The notes beneath the pieces were generated by a model. It was not told the origin of the DNA. It searched no databases and saw only the letters and a program-made list of their open reading frames with translations. From Bigelowiella natans CCMP2755 (Eukaryota > Protista > Cercozoa): a stretch of 49,095 nt of DNA. Each line of letters starts with the position of its first letter. Positions within the stretch are counted from its first letter, which is position 1. Position numbers and translations under genes: made by a program. Where the stretch lies: assembly GCA_000320545.1 (NCBI GenBank), contig ADNK01001932.1:1-49095 (forward strand), read 5' to 3'. Below, in pieces: positions 21,267 to 36,287 of the stretch.

Positions 21267-21455
21267 GCGTGTGGTATGTGCAGCGTTTCGACGAAACGGA
21301 CATTCTCATTATCATCATCAATCATTTGATTATTATTAAAAACAGACATGTGTTACCTGGGCTGCTGTTTTTGGGGCATTCGATGTGATCATGCTACTTC
21401 CAGCGGTATTATAGACCATCCGATATCATAGTATGTGGCACGATGGTGTGAATGT

Positions 21456-21515
<60 letters not shown>

Positions 21516-21526
21516 CATTTTCCTTT

Positions 21527-21568
<42 letters not shown>

Positions 21569-22295
21569 CTCTCTCCACTTTTTCTCTTTACTTTAAATTG
21601 AAGAAGGAGCCAGTAATAAGCACTTCCTAACACACTCATATGCATAAATACAGCTGACGGAACGGAAAGTAAGTGTCGTCATCACATCCCGAACTGACCT
21701 CGGAGCGGACAGCACAAGGGAGACGAAGAAGAAGACAACAGCAGTTGGAAAACCAATTCAAACCAAAGAAGGAGAAGATGCAGACGGGGGAGAAATGCAT
21801 GATAACAGCAACATACAAGATGCAACCGTACTTGAGGAGAATTATGACGAATATAGAGCTGATGATACTACGCCTTCTTCGGCACCATTGTCAACAATAA
21901 CTAGCAAGAAGAATAAACAAGATGATGACACTCATCATAAAGATTTGATGTACTACCCTCCACCTCCTCCTTCTCCTCCTCCTCACTCAAGATATAGATT
22001 CTCATGGATAGATCCAGGAAAGAGGAAGGTCATTATAAGCTCCTTGCTAATCACTCGAATGTTGCTCTTAGCGTTGTTTTGCTCCGGATATATCCTATTT
22101 CGCAAGCGATTTATGGGCTATGCATTGGCTATTGGAAACGAGACAATGAGAAGGTAGTATAGTATTACGACACTAGATCATGTTGAAGATAATAGTGAAA
22201 ATTATTGAGCTATAGCATCATCTTCTTAGTTACGTAGTAGGCCACGATCAAGACTCGTTCATTCATTGACTCACGCTATGATGATGATGATGATA

Positions 22296-22327
<32 letters not shown>

Positions 22328-22998
22328 AATTCCTACTCGGTTTTGTTGATTCCTAGGGCGGAGAACCCGATAGCGTATTCCTCTCGATTCCAAACGAGAT
22401 TTCTGTCAAAAGCATATCTCCATACTTTCTATGCACGATTGCTCATATTTCCAACAACGCAAAGTGCGGACTACTCTTTTGATTGCATTCCGTTGGTGAT
22501 CTCGTGGCTAGATACTAGAAATTTGTTGTCTTTGGTCTTCTACGTCAGCTTCTTTGGAGTCATTTTAGTCCCCCTCGCACTTCTCGCTTCTTTCATGTTA
22601 AACGGGAAGCGAAGGAGCGGAGTGGATGCGCCAGGAGGATCTGAAAATAATAAACCAGCTGATGAGAGAGCAGAGATGGCACTATATTTTCATTCGTTAT
22701 TCTCACCGTGGGTTTTGGCACTAACGATCGTTGTCGCTACCTTTCTACCGGCGTCAGGAGTGGTTGTATTAGAAAGAACCTCATCCATCAAACACCGATC
22801 TATCTATTAAAGATCATGATAATTATGATGATGTTGGTGATGATGGTGATGAGGAGGAGCAGCATAGGAATTATCGTTAACAGCTTCAATGAGAAGAAGA
22901 GGAAGAAGAAGGAGGAGAAGAAGAAGAAGAAGAATGCTGGATTCTTTCCTCGTCCTCCCTCACCTTTGACGTGTTTTTCCCTCTCTCTTCTCCCCTCT

Positions 22999-23045
<47 letters not shown>

Positions 23046-24169
23046 AACATCCAAAACAATCCACTATCTCGGTGATTTTTATACGAATAAGCATGATCCC
23101 TTTCCCCCTTTCGCTCTCCCTTCTCTCCCTATTGCAGCTCGTTGACCCTGGGACGATGGTAGCGGAGAGGCTTCTGTACATGCCATCAATCGGCTTTTGT
23201 CTTTTGCTAGCACTTTTCCTCATAGCCTCCTCCTCCTCCTCCTCCTCCTCCTCCTCCTCCTCCTCTTCGTCGTACTTGTCTCCCTCTTTTATCATCGGAA
23301 TGGGAATCGTGGCGATTTACACGTATAAAACTGTGGAGCGTAACCGTGATTGGTCAACAGAAGAGACCTTGTTTCGAGCAGCCTTTGAGGTTTCTTTTTG
23401 AATAATCGTGTGCGTTTTTATCCCCCCCCACCCCCTCCTTCTCTCTCTCTCTCTCTCTCTCTCTGTATGTGTGTGTGCGTATGGGAAGGAATTCAGAGTA
23501 GAAGAGATGAATATGAATTTTTCAAATTCTGGCTATGTCATTATGAAATTGGAGTCATATTGATATCATTTGGGAAGAAAACTTGCAGTTGTTGTTCTCT
23601 ATATTCCATCCCCCCCCTCAATATCTGATCGTGATACTGTTCTCTTCTTGTGTATATCACTGCTGTTCCCATGTTATGTTCCATAATTGACCAATAATGC
23701 TGGAGAAAGGTTTGTCCACGGAGTGTGAAGGTGATTTCCAGAAAATGTCAAAGAAGACGAAGAAATAGAAGAAAATAGAGAAATACAGACATTACAGATG
23801 GAATTGCGACATAGAGACCTGAATACGGACGGCCTAAGAGAAATGATGACCGAACTTGCAAAATGTTTAAAGGTTTTACTAAACTATGGAATTCTCCAAC
23901 GACGCGAAGAACGTTGGCTAGACTCTATCGAGCTGTTCAGTAGTGCGCTCAAGATCGATGCTACCTTTTGTGATCCGCACTATTGGATTGGTATTAGTTA
24001 ATAATTGGAACTACTTTGATACATCATCATCATTCTATCACCAGGAACCTATCACATATGTGATATGTACACTCAACCAGGCAAATAATGTATTCAAGCA
24101 AATGTACAAACTGATATTATATTTATATATATTAATATTATATATATTTATATATATTAATATTATATA

Positions 24170-24205
<36 letters not shown>

Positions 24206-24813
24206 TGCTGCGTGATAATCACGTAGGAATATCCTTAATCCAAGTGGGGAAAATGGAAGGCGCGGTCAAAAGTCTCTGGAAAGGAGCAAACTGCAAATAT
24301 AACGCCCTTGATGTGAGTTGTGTTGTTCTCGTGGCATGTCACCACTGAAAAGCATTGATTTATTTTGGGATCTGATACTGCTGGTCATCTATTATTTCGA
24401 CTTGCAAGTTATTGCATGTGTGTAATTACGTTTTTACTCCTTCGTCATCTCGTCCCCCTCCTTCTCATTCTTCTTCTACTGCTACTGCTACTTTCTAAGT
24501 ATTGCACGCATTTGATGATTTATGAACAACTCTCCCCTCCCTCTTTTACCACCATTGTTTCATTTAGGCGCTTGCAGTACTGAATCAAGTATACGATGGA
24601 TTTCGGAGCGACATGATAGCCCGTGGGAGGGGGATATTATCGTCTTTGGCAATGTTTGGCCCTCGCAGCATATATTTACTACATCCTATATCTTAGTGTT
24701 GCAACTGCTGCTACTGCTCCATGTATCACACATATTATACCGGAATTTTGATGTACCTCATAAAAACAACAGCTAACTACCACTACTACAACGAGTACTA
24801 TTACTTACTACTG

Positions 24814-24844
<31 letters not shown>

Positions 24845-25841
24845 TACCACACCAAAGGTATGAGTATGGCAAGAGACTCTATCAAACGAATCTACCTCTC
24901 ATGTTGTCCTCCTACACAACCCTCCTACAATCCGGTGTAAACTTTGGCCAAATGCTCCTCAAAGCACAGAATAATGAACTAACTCTGCACCCACAACGGA
25001 ACATACAAAAGAGAGAAAAAGGAGGAGGAGGGGGGGCGGATATAGGAAAGGAAGAGAACTATGATTTGGATGCCAGACAAAGAAAACGAAGACTCGAAGA
25101 GTTGTCCTTGTCGGAGATAGAGCTACAGGCTATCACTGAAGCGTATGGTGTTAATCTCTTACCGATTGCATATACAAAGACTGAAGACCTAGCATACAGC
25201 AGCCTGGATATGGCGCGCAATATCTACGACAGGCACCTATCGAATCCCACTCCAGAAACTAAAGGATTTGAGGTCGTAATGATGTGCTCTACATTAGATT
25301 TCAGGGGGGGGGGGGGGGGGGGGGTAGTATCTCAGTTTAATGACTTAAAGCCCTGAGTGACGGTACTTGCTTTTCTGTCTTTATACTACTACCACTACTA
25401 CCACTACTACCACAGAGGCATGAGTGTACACTCTTCTATTGGCTTGCATTCGCATGCTTAGCAAAGAATAAAACTTATGAGGCTGTGCAGTTCTTTCATA
25501 AGGTAGTGCTGGGTGGTAGAGGTGATGGCGTTACCTGAAATGTCACAATATGCAACGGAGACACAAGATAAATACCACTTAGATTGGAAGAGGGGAGGGG
25601 GAGAGACCGAAGAACATTGAATAATACCTACTCCTCCTCATCATAATCATTAATAGCACTGCCGTTACCACCAACGATTTTTCATTGTACTTGTTCTAGG
25701 TTGTTGATTTAAGTGATCAAGATACCATGACGACGTTCATATGGGGGGGGCAAGATGATACTACTCTCGCATCATCGTCGTCATCAACAACGTCAACCTG
25801 CTTGGATTTTGTGCCGTTTGCTCTGGAATATCTTGCACAGT

Positions 25842-25882
<41 letters not shown>

Positions 25883-25976
25883 ATAGTAGTATCGTTGCAT
25901 TTCTGGTTCTTCGTAAGAGAAACCATGATTCTATTTCGAAATGGATGATATCGATGGGATGGTTGGGTTGTTCAGG

Positions 25977-26015
<39 letters not shown>

Positions 26016-26985
26016 TATATTAGATGCGGATTATTTCGATATGAACAAAACAGTTGCCTCATGTTGCGGTCATCTGAACGGCATGCAGCCCCAACAATAA
26101 GTTTGGTTTGAATTCGAAAAAGATCGATATATTTTGCCATATATGCATGTTACAATCAGCCTTATCAGCCAGCATTCATCTTTGATGATAATATGCTAAG
26201 GTTTTATATAGAAAAGAGGGCGGAGGCAATTTCTTCCTCCTCCTCCTCCTCCTCCTCCCCAGAGGTAGTTACTGCAGTAGAAGATACAAAATGGGTCGTC
26301 GCTGCCTCATACGAGATATCGGCTCGGATAAAGGAGAAAGAAGGCATGAAGCAGGTGAATATTGACGTTGTATCATCATCATTTTGATCATCCAAAGAAC
26401 ACAATCAGGAGCAGTCATCATCCTCCGATGTTGGTAGCGATGTAGTCGTCGAGTAATCCAAAAATCGACGAATATGCATTGGGAACAGCGATTATATTGT
26501 TAGAATGCTTTTCGTATTTTCCTCCTCCCTTCAGCAAGCTACGGTGCTATATACAAATGCCGCCACAGAGCACACGAAGACAAACAACACTCAAGAGGCT
26601 CTCAAGGTCGCGAGTTTTCACCGGCAGCGGCTTTAACAAAACGAATTCAAGAATCTACTAAGCTTTGCTTCTAACGCATCATCATCTGTTGGCATCTTCA
26701 TCATTATGACCATCATGTCTTCTTATGATTGATCATCAGTGCTGGACAAAGGCAGCGATGTTAGCACCTGATAATCAAGTTTTAAGGTGGTTGTTAGCAC
26801 AAGAAAAAACAAACCACACACTCTGTTATGCACGTATGGTTTCAGAATCTGTAAGAATGCACGTTGGCGTTTCGCTATCCTTCCTACTGCCTTTCCTTTC
26901 GAAATTATGACAATTTTCATAGAATGATGAGTTGAGAATAGTTGGCATAATGACCAGCGTATATTATTGTGTATGTGTGTGTGTA

Positions 26986-27048
<63 letters not shown>

Positions 27049-27239
27049 AGCATACATGTGGCAATAAATTGTTCCTCGTTAGGTTCAATATGGCAAAGGC
27101 AATGGCCCACAATGGCGATGTGAAAGCGGCGTTGATGCTTCTAGAAGAAATGAGAACGAAGTCCAAAAGCTCTCAAAAGAGAGAATACTTTAGAAAGGCT
27201 ATTCAGGAGTTATTGATCGGAATAAGTGTACAAAAATAG
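18364..27239 (+). CDS. TMTC: TMTC-family protein O-mannosyltransferase (DUF1736 plus TPR repeats), many exons; start approximate
   Basis: Exon peptides LVFDDTLAVSGNPD (18830), [28 protein letters not shown] (19036-19290), AHPIHCESVASVVG-LADL (20398-20620), AENPIAY...LLIFPTTQSADYSFDCIP (22356), VAERLLYMPSIGFC...RNRDWSTEETLF (23140-23390), then TPR-like exons to a stop at 27239. Confidence 0.92.
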
Positions 27240-28251
27240 AGAGCCAACAGTGGATGATAAATCTAAACCACCTACAAATCTAGCTGCTATATTCTATTGT
27301 CGATGTCGAGATACTACAGTGGTGGGCATTAACGCAATGCGCTTATCTCTTCCGTGTGATTAACGATGTACATGCATATACTCATTGATATAACTACAAA
27401 GCCTCAATTTTCGTAAGCGTATCGTCTACGCTCAGTTGTAGCAGGCTGGATCATCATACAAGCACATGCAGGTTCTTGTAGAGAACGAATTACAGCTATA
27501 TGCAAGTGCATTACAACTTATAAGACGGATGTGAATATTTATAATGAATAAATTAAATCTTTTAAATGGTCATCCTAATGTAGCTATGCAAAGCTGTAGC
27601 CTATATACACATATCTAGAGTAATGGAGACATCGTTATTACTACAATAAACACCATATTTACTGAACATAGTGCACGTAGCATAGTCGCAACAGATTTCG
27701 TTGATTGAGCTTGCTTTGGGTACGACTTTACACGTTTGTCGACTGGACGATGTAGCTAATACTACACATGCCACGGCACATCAGCTATCACGCTGACCAC
27801 ACCAACATGCATGGTAGATCGACCGAACGTACGGCAGTGCTATCGATGCACACACGTATGCGGCTGCTACGACCGTGATGAAGCACGCTAGCACCTGCGC
27901 TCAGTATATAACATGAGACAGATGTAGCAAAATGATTTCATTCTTTCATTAGTCATCCTAATGTAGCTATGAAACAAGCAAGCGGAGGCTATAGAGCTAA
28001 TATTTGTTTGTTTGTTTCGGCGATTACGAGTTTCATCAGCAACATGTCATGGATCACCACAATAATCTACCACGCATACAATAAATAAGAGTGATTCTCA
28101 TGAAGTTATCAAATTCATGTGGAGTAGGCCAAGGCTGACGATCGACATTCATCACATCTATATGTGCATATAAACATGCACACATCATATCTCTTAATAT
28201 ATATATCCACGTGTGACTTTTCTTGCAGCTTGCTTCTTATTACATCATGCA

Positions 28252-28688
28252 TTAATCTGGCCCATATCCTCGCTTGACATCACGGACAAAGCTCTTGATG
28301 CTAACCTTCCTTCCTACGGCACGTTGGTGGTGGTGCTGACTCCTTGGATCATGTTTTCTTGCTGCTGCCTCTTTTCCATACCGCCGCTCTTTACGACCAA
28401 GCAACACGTTCTCACGGGAAATTTCCTCTTTATTGCGACGATACTCACTGTGGTAAAGGGTGCGTAGCATACTGATATCATCAGCCGTCATCGTCATCAT
28501 CACCATCATCATCATCATCATCCTCTATTTAATATAGAATAGTAAAGAAGGTAAGTACCTTTTATCTCGGTTGGTGCTTTTGACTATGTGATATTGAGAG
28601 AGGGGCTCTGTGCACCCTCCAATACGGTCCCTAATCGAGTGAATGCTGGTGAGATTAATCCTTCCTTATACTACTATTGCTGCTGCTG

Positions 28689-28724
<36 letters not shown>

Positions 28725-29465
28725 GCAGTATGTTCATGATCTCTCCACATGCATGTCTGTTGTTGCTGCTGCTGCTGCTTTTCGGTTAAAAAGGGGGGGT
28801 AAGTAAGTAAGTAAATAAGTAAGGGACTAGCAGATATGATCATATACAGATGCTGCTCCAGATCGGCCACCGTCTTCCCACATCTGCAACCAACAACAGG
28901 ATGATAACAATACTGATAATGATGATAATAAAAGAAGAAAAAGACGTTCAAACTAATGACACATGTTCTTTTGTCGTAGCTACTACTATTATTATTATTA
29001 TTACTACTACTACTACTACTACCGAGAGCAGGTGCCGGGTTCCAGATTTAGTAATGGCTGATTATGAGGATGAGGAAGATGATGATGATGAAATGGATAT
29101 CGTAGCATGAACATGTTGAAGTTGTCCTAGTCCATGCTCTATTCTATTATTAGATTAGAATATATTAGACGTTGCTGTAGTAGTAAAAGCACAAATTATC
29201 CTCTATTGTAGCACAAATCATCATCATCATCATCATCATCATTATCATCGTCATCGTTGACATCGTCATCATTAAAACTGCTATTATATCGGTAGTACAT
29301 TTTTCTTGCGGTGGAAGTTTTTCTCATGCTTAAACCGTTTCACACGCGAATTGAACCGTATGGTGCAGTTTGGCGCATACTTGCAAGCTGGTGATGAATT
29401 TGTTGATTGCGGAAACAATGAAAGACGTGCATAAATAAGATAATAGCTAGTGATTCATATAGATG

Positions 29466-29501
<36 letters not shown>

Positions 29502-30275
29502 CACACACACACACACACGCACACACACACACACACACACGCACACACACACGCACGCACATACATTATTCGGTTTCATCTCCATTCTCTCGCTTTTATA
29601 TCTCGCATCTTGGCTATGTATTTGACTGAATAGGAAGCAGGGAACGGAAGAAATTCTTCGAGTATTTTACTTCAAAAAAAAAAGGTGTAATTATTGGTGT
29701 AGAGAGTGGCTACAAATAAAGAGATAATTATGACCAAAGGGCCTTGTTTTCACTTCCTTCTTCCACATTCTTGCAAGCTGACGAATCATAACGATGATAA
29801 TAACTCAATCAGTAGTAGAGATCACTATCAAGTCGCATCAACGGGAGTTGTATGTGTCTTTAGAAATAAAAATCCCTAGTCTCCCCTCCCCCCCCCTGTG
29901 ATGCTATAGCTGCTACTGGCACTACCACTACTACTATAATCTCTTACTGACTTGTGATGTAGTATAGCCTGGAATATGCTTGTAATAGACCTTTCCTGCA
30001 GCAACCAAGACATCATCAACGATTTACCAAGTGAAACCAAATTGACATTCGTGTCCATTTCCTACTGACCATCTGTGTCGCGGTACTTAAATGGCGTGGA
30101 TGGAAGCACGCGCTTGACAGGCTTAGGAGCTGGTGGTTTATATCCTAGGTAGGCGCCGATTATCCAGATCAATCGTTTTTTGCAGCAACAATGGCAAAGT
30201 TATAGATTCATATAAAAGAAGGAGATCTATCTTAAAATACTACTATTACTACTACTACTGCTACTGCTACTACTA

Positions 30276-30307
<32 letters not shown>

Positions 30308-31032
30308 TACTACTCCAACTACTACTACTTAGAACAGCACTTGTTACTTCGAATGATACTCAATTGTGGTTGTAATGTTAGCACTGCTTTGCTCTAGGCT
30401 GCCTCAAATCTACCTGGTTCCCACGGTCGTGCAACACCAAAAGGTGCTTTTCTGTGATCAAAACCACATAATGACTTCATATGTGTGTGTATGTGTGTGT
30501 ATGTGTGTGCGTGCGCGCGCGTGTGTATGTGATATCAAATACCGCTACTGTTAGAGATGGTAATGACAGCGAGATGGAGAGGAGGAGGAGAAAGGAGAAG
30601 AAGAAGAGGAAGAGAGGGAGAGTCAATATCGGAGAAGACGAATCGCATATATCAGCGTAGTATTCACAGATAATATATACCACGGATATGACTGTATTTA
30701 GTAGGTCAGATTTCACTCTCACACAACATGCACGGTGGGTTTTAGTACTAGTTGTAGTAAGTAGTCATAGTAGTCATAGTAGTAGTAGTAGTAGTAGTAG
30801 TAGTAGAAGAAGAAGAAGCATAAGAGAAGAGTGCATACTCTGTTCCTCTCGGTTTCCTTCTTGGTCGCTGCCACTTCGGCTTTCCGAGAGCCGCATTAGT
30901 CCTCAATGAAGGCGCGACAACAACGGTGAAACAGACGATGATTGCTATTTCGAAAGCACCAACCCATGTCCCTCCCGTGCGGGAATCTGCTCCTCCTCCG
31001 CCTCTTCCTCTTTCTCCTCTGCGCGTAGCCAT
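28252..31032 (-). CDS. Basic C2H2/C2HC zinc-finger protein with an N-terminal signal-peptide-like segment (10 exons)
   Basis: Phase-consistent exons (approx. 31032-30839, 30449-30412, 30142-30068, 29995-29952, 29777-29735, 29387-29299, 29057-29023, 28883-28848, 28645-28559, 28471-28252) give ...RPFACKYAPNCTIRFNSRVKRFKHEKNFH...CSRCGKTVADLEQHLIH... Confidence 0.8.
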
Positions 31033-31930
31033 GCTACTTCCTCTTTCTTATCCTTATCCCTCTCCTGAATGCACTCATCATCATAGCACTTTCCCCCCCT
31101 TCCTCCTCCTCCTCTGCAAGCAGCAGCGACGGGAGAATTTGGTCCAGTAGGCAGGTACAGTAGCCAGCTGCTCGGAGAAATATGGCTGCCGCTAGTATAG
31201 CAAGTCGCGCGTCGCGTCTAAGAACGATTTACTCCACAAAATCATACCGGTGAAGTATCTACACATTTTAATCTACCACCAATGTATATGCACAACAAGA
31301 ACAACAACTGACAACACTCCAAAAGAAATGATGAGTCGGTTTTTTTTTTGGGTGCTATTAATAGTTCTCGGCTTGAGCCAGCTTTAACAAGCATGTACAA
31401 AGAGATTCATTCCGAAGGCCACTTGATTATAGCAATAATATGATCAGTAATTTTACGTTGCGACATCGAAAAATGGACTATAAAAAGGTAATATAGCCGG
31501 AAATAAAAAGTTGGTGTGACAACTTGTTATGAAAAGAGACTGAGACACATGACTCCGTCGCTGCAAAGAAAGTGCTAGTGACATGCTATTATTTACATAC
31601 GACAACATTTACCGAAAGTATTTGAGCAACAATAGCTCTCGCTCGGGAGGTGGGATGGCCAGCACTGAGGCAGCACACTGGCCGCGCAAATCATAGGACA
31701 CTAGCATTTTTTCCCTAGGCTGCTAGTAGACGAGGGATATAGTCTCCTGCCTGCAGCCACCACGGTATCTGCATGCTTTTTAATCCCCGGAAAGCGCGTT
31801 AATGGGCTTGTTCTCATCAATTTGACAGCATTCACTGCTCATCTGAACCTTTGCTGGGCTAATCTGGAGGACTGCTTTATTTCCACCATTTGAATATATT
31901 CTCCACGTCTTTGTGCCATAATTCAGAGAG

Positions 31931-33672
31931 ATGTGCCGGCAGATGTCTTCCTCCTCTTCTTCTTCTCCAACCTCCTTTCTTTGCACCGTGACATTGCTGG
32001 CCCTCTTTCTTCATCTCGACCAAGCTTCCGGCCAAGGACAATGCAAGCTGGGCGAGTATGGTGTTCATAGAGCACCTGTGTACACAAGGTTTCTACATGC
32101 TCTTCTCCATCCTCATCCCTCCTCTGCTCCTCGCTAAAATTGTTCTGTATAAACAAAGCGGGACCCCATGCGAGCTTCGGTTCGTTGGCTGCGTCGACTG
32201 GTTTAGGTAAGATAAATAATAATTTTATATTTCCTTATTGCTGTGCAGTATTGTTGATGATCGTGGGTAACATCTTCTTCTTGCAGTGAGAAGAAGGATG
32301 AAATCGAGGAATCAGCCCATCAGGTTTGGCAGGAGGCTTGCTACATGCACGAGAACGGTACTTATACTTCCTTAAATGATCATGACGCATTTACTTGACT
32401 GAATAGGATCATGGACACCAGTGCGAGTGACGTGTGGGTGTTTAAAATATATCTGAACACTTATACACTGCAGGGATATTATTATCATTATAGCATTAAT
32501 ATTATTGTTGCTATTATTGAACAATACTGATGTGTGCACTCGTCAAGTCAAAAACTGTGTGTTTACATGGTTGTGTTAGTCAAAAGAGCTTTAGATGGAG
32601 GTCAAAAGTTCATTATGATGGCCAGGAATTCTTGGTAATGAAACCATACACTTATCCGGATGCTTGTAAATCCGCATCATCCCGACACGCTTTCTTTTCA
32701 TCTTCTTCTTATTCTTTTCTGCACCTGCTGCTAATCACACGGAAGCAAGCGGGGAGCGCTTTTGGTTCTATATCATCATCGACACTGAATATTCCAACGA
32801 CTGCGTATTGTCGTAGGTGTGGGAACGGATATAGCTTCAACAAAATTCCAGCGTTCATTGAAGATAAGATGCGACGGAATGCGACCACGTGCGGGACGTG
32901 CTGCGTGATGCAGGTATTGATGTTTGTCACCAACAAGGAAATAAACTTCTATGTAAATTATCTTCAATTTAATCCCACCGTTTCTGCTTCCTCCTCTCTC
33001 CTCTTCTCCCTCTTGGTAGCCCGAATTCGCTTGTGGCAAGGAAATCTTCATGGAGAAGGATGGATTCGTTGAAACATTTTCCGTGTACGAAATCCATGAT
33101 CCATGCACTAGCACCGACGGCTCTGCTGCCAACAACTGCAGTCGGTGTGTTCCTCCAGATCTTCCTGCACAAAAAACATCCTTTGTCTCATTCTACGGGG
33201 AGGGTTCGCTTTCGTCTCCGTCATCATCATCATTCTTCAACGTTTCCTTCATCGCAAAGATGCTGACGATTGGCCCGTGCTTACTCTTCCTTTTCTATCT
33301 TTGTATTATAGCCTACACCTCAAGGGTAAGTAATTGATGATGATGAGATGATGATGGTGAGGAAAACGAGGCTAATGGGCATTGTAGCTCTAGCCTCCCA
33401 AGCTTGCTGTGGCCTACTCCTCCTATTTTTTTTAGTCTACAACAATAGATCTTACGGTTACAGAGAGTATGTTCCTCTTTATCGTGTGATGGTGGTGGAT
33501 ATACAGAGAGTATGTTCCTCTTTATCTTGTGATGGTGGTGGATATAGACGGGTGTCAGCCAGGACTTTTGCCTTGTAGTAATAGTGAGTTGATGCTTCGG
33601 TATGACTCAATTGCCCGTTCGACTAATGATCTTCCCAATTACGTCTTCTCCTTCCTTACGATACCCGTGTTC

Positions 33673-33711
<39 letters not shown>

Positions 33712-34638
33712 ACCCCTCAAAGGTGGACTATAACGTACGTTTCATCTCGCGTCATTTCCCCAATAAAATCATCGAGAGCGGCTCCGTTCTACCAGAACAA
33801 GCAGGCAACCGCAGCAGCATGATGAGCAGCACCCTCTCCTCCCTCTTCTCCATTCTCCCTACCCAAAGACTTACCTTGCTGTACAAGAAAGCGGTTGAGA
33901 ACTTCTGCGGTTTCACGTTGCACGAATCCGACTTATTCAAGAAGATCGAACGGTCACCCTCCTTCACCGACCTGAAGCAATTCCTCCCCGCCTCCCTCAT
34001 GAAGGGTGTTTCGGGGCACATCAGCGCTAGCACCACACGGGTTCGGCACCCACGTAGGATCATGGAGATGCATCGTAAGTCGATGATGGCAAAGGGAAGA
34101 GGAGGAGTAAGCGTTCTCCAAAAACGTAACAGTAGCAGTAGTAATAGAAGTAGCATTCGAATGAACGACCGGAGGAGGAGGGAAAGCAGCAGTAGCTTGG
34201 ACGAGCAGGGACGGCAAGGACCCAATCAGAATCATTGTGCTATGGTCTCAATAAAGCGTGTCTCAATCGGGATGCTAATAATCGGTTTGGTTGTTGGAGC
34301 GTTCGTGCGACAGCCATTCGCATGCAGCCAGAGCCGCAACATCCTGAACATGTTTCGAAAGATTTCCTTCTCCTGCGAGAAGATTAGGGTAGTATTAGTA
34401 CTAACGGATGATGATAGCAGTGGTGGTGGTGGTGGTGGTGTGGCAGTTGTTGTTTCAGTACATTGCTGCCGTTGGCATAAACTCGAAACGATAGAAATAA
34501 ACTTCCGAAGAAAGTTATCCTACTGATAGAGCATCATGCCGCTAAAAAAGCCGTCTTCAAGATGTTTTCACAACCATTCTCAGCCTTAACCGTTGTTGTA
34601 GTTATCGAGTCTTTGTGCATAAATCAGAATCTGCCGAT

Positions 34639-34678
<40 letters not shown>

Positions 34679-35829
34679 CATAATTCAACCCTAACTTTCC
34701 ATCCTCCCCCCTCCTACCTCCTAGGTACCGATTTCTTCTCTAAAGCCGAGGGCGGCGCACGTCTTCGAGAACCCTTTCGCAGATGTGCAGTATTTGGGCA
34801 ATGGGGTTGCGAAGATTCACCATCAAATCATCGACTACGGTATAACCGAAGCCGGTCAAGTCCTGATTCCCCCAGAGCTGAAATCATTCGTGGGATCTTG
34901 TGCGAAGATGGCGGGGGAGGGCACTTGGAAGCACATGACGTGGAATATGGCTCGAGGGAGAGCTGAAGTCGTAGACCTTTTCTTTTTCTGTTGTTATTGC
35001 TTTTGCTGTTTTTGTTATTGTTGTTATTGTTATTGCTGTTGTTATTGTTATGGTCTGCATTGTGGGGGGGAAAGGAGTGGCAGAAAATGATGCCATATCG
35101 ATAAGATGACAACGATGATAACTAGCAGAATTGATGATGAAGATGACGATGAAAATGATGATGATGGTGATAATGGCGGTATTGGTGATAACGGTGGCGT
35201 TGCATAGGCAGTCATTTATTCACACCTAATTCTATCACCTTGTACAAGCATAAGACCTGCTGCTCATTGATATCATTTATAATATGATTAGGTACAACGT
35301 GCGGTAAAAGATATTGGGTGGAATGTTGTTGAATTCATGGACTTATTCGATGAAACGCCATACGATAACTACCGGTATTGCTACCCACCACTACTGCTGC
35401 TGCTATGCCTTCATTTGTATAACATTTGTTATCAACCCACCACTGCTACTGCTGCTGATATACCTTCATCTGTATAACAATCGTTATCAATGGGAGGAGT
35501 AAGTTGCATTCATTGTACTATTCTTAAATCTGCAAACAGCACCATTGCCATCATCATTGTCATCATCGCTATTCTCCTATCAGGTACAACATCATACGTG
35601 TAGCAGTAATGTGGCTGCATGGAGGTCTCTATACCGACCTTGACATGCTCTGTCTCAAGTCCCCTGAGCATCTCATTGACGACATCAAGTATGGGTTCTT
35701 CATGGGCACTACGAAGAAGATCGAAGGGGCTATCTTTGCTGTACGTTATCATCATCATCATCATCATCATCATCATCGTCATCATCACATATTAGTACAA
35801 TCATCATCGTCATTATCGTCATCGTCATT

Positions 35830-35865
<36 letters not shown>

Positions 35866-36168
35866 GACTTGGTTTACACTCACCAGGCGCGGCCAAGGCA
35901 CCCATTCGTAAGGCGTGTGTTTGAAGTTCAAAGAGGCACATTGAGATCATTGCGTATCTTCCAGCATCCCTTTGGAACGGGGCCTATTGCCTTTAAAAGG
36001 GCCTACACATCATATCACAACTCCTGGGACACAGAAGGCGAGGACCGGGGGAAACACACCCAATTGCCTTCGATAAAACTACTCACCGAAGACAACATCG
36101 ATGTCTCTGCCCGGATGGATGGTTTTATGGTAAGCACAGTCGTGCATGTGTTTATTATACATATATAT

Positions 36169-36225
<57 letters not shown>

Positions 36226-36246
36226 AGTGTGTATGCGTGTTTGTGG

Positions 36247-36287
<41 letters not shown>

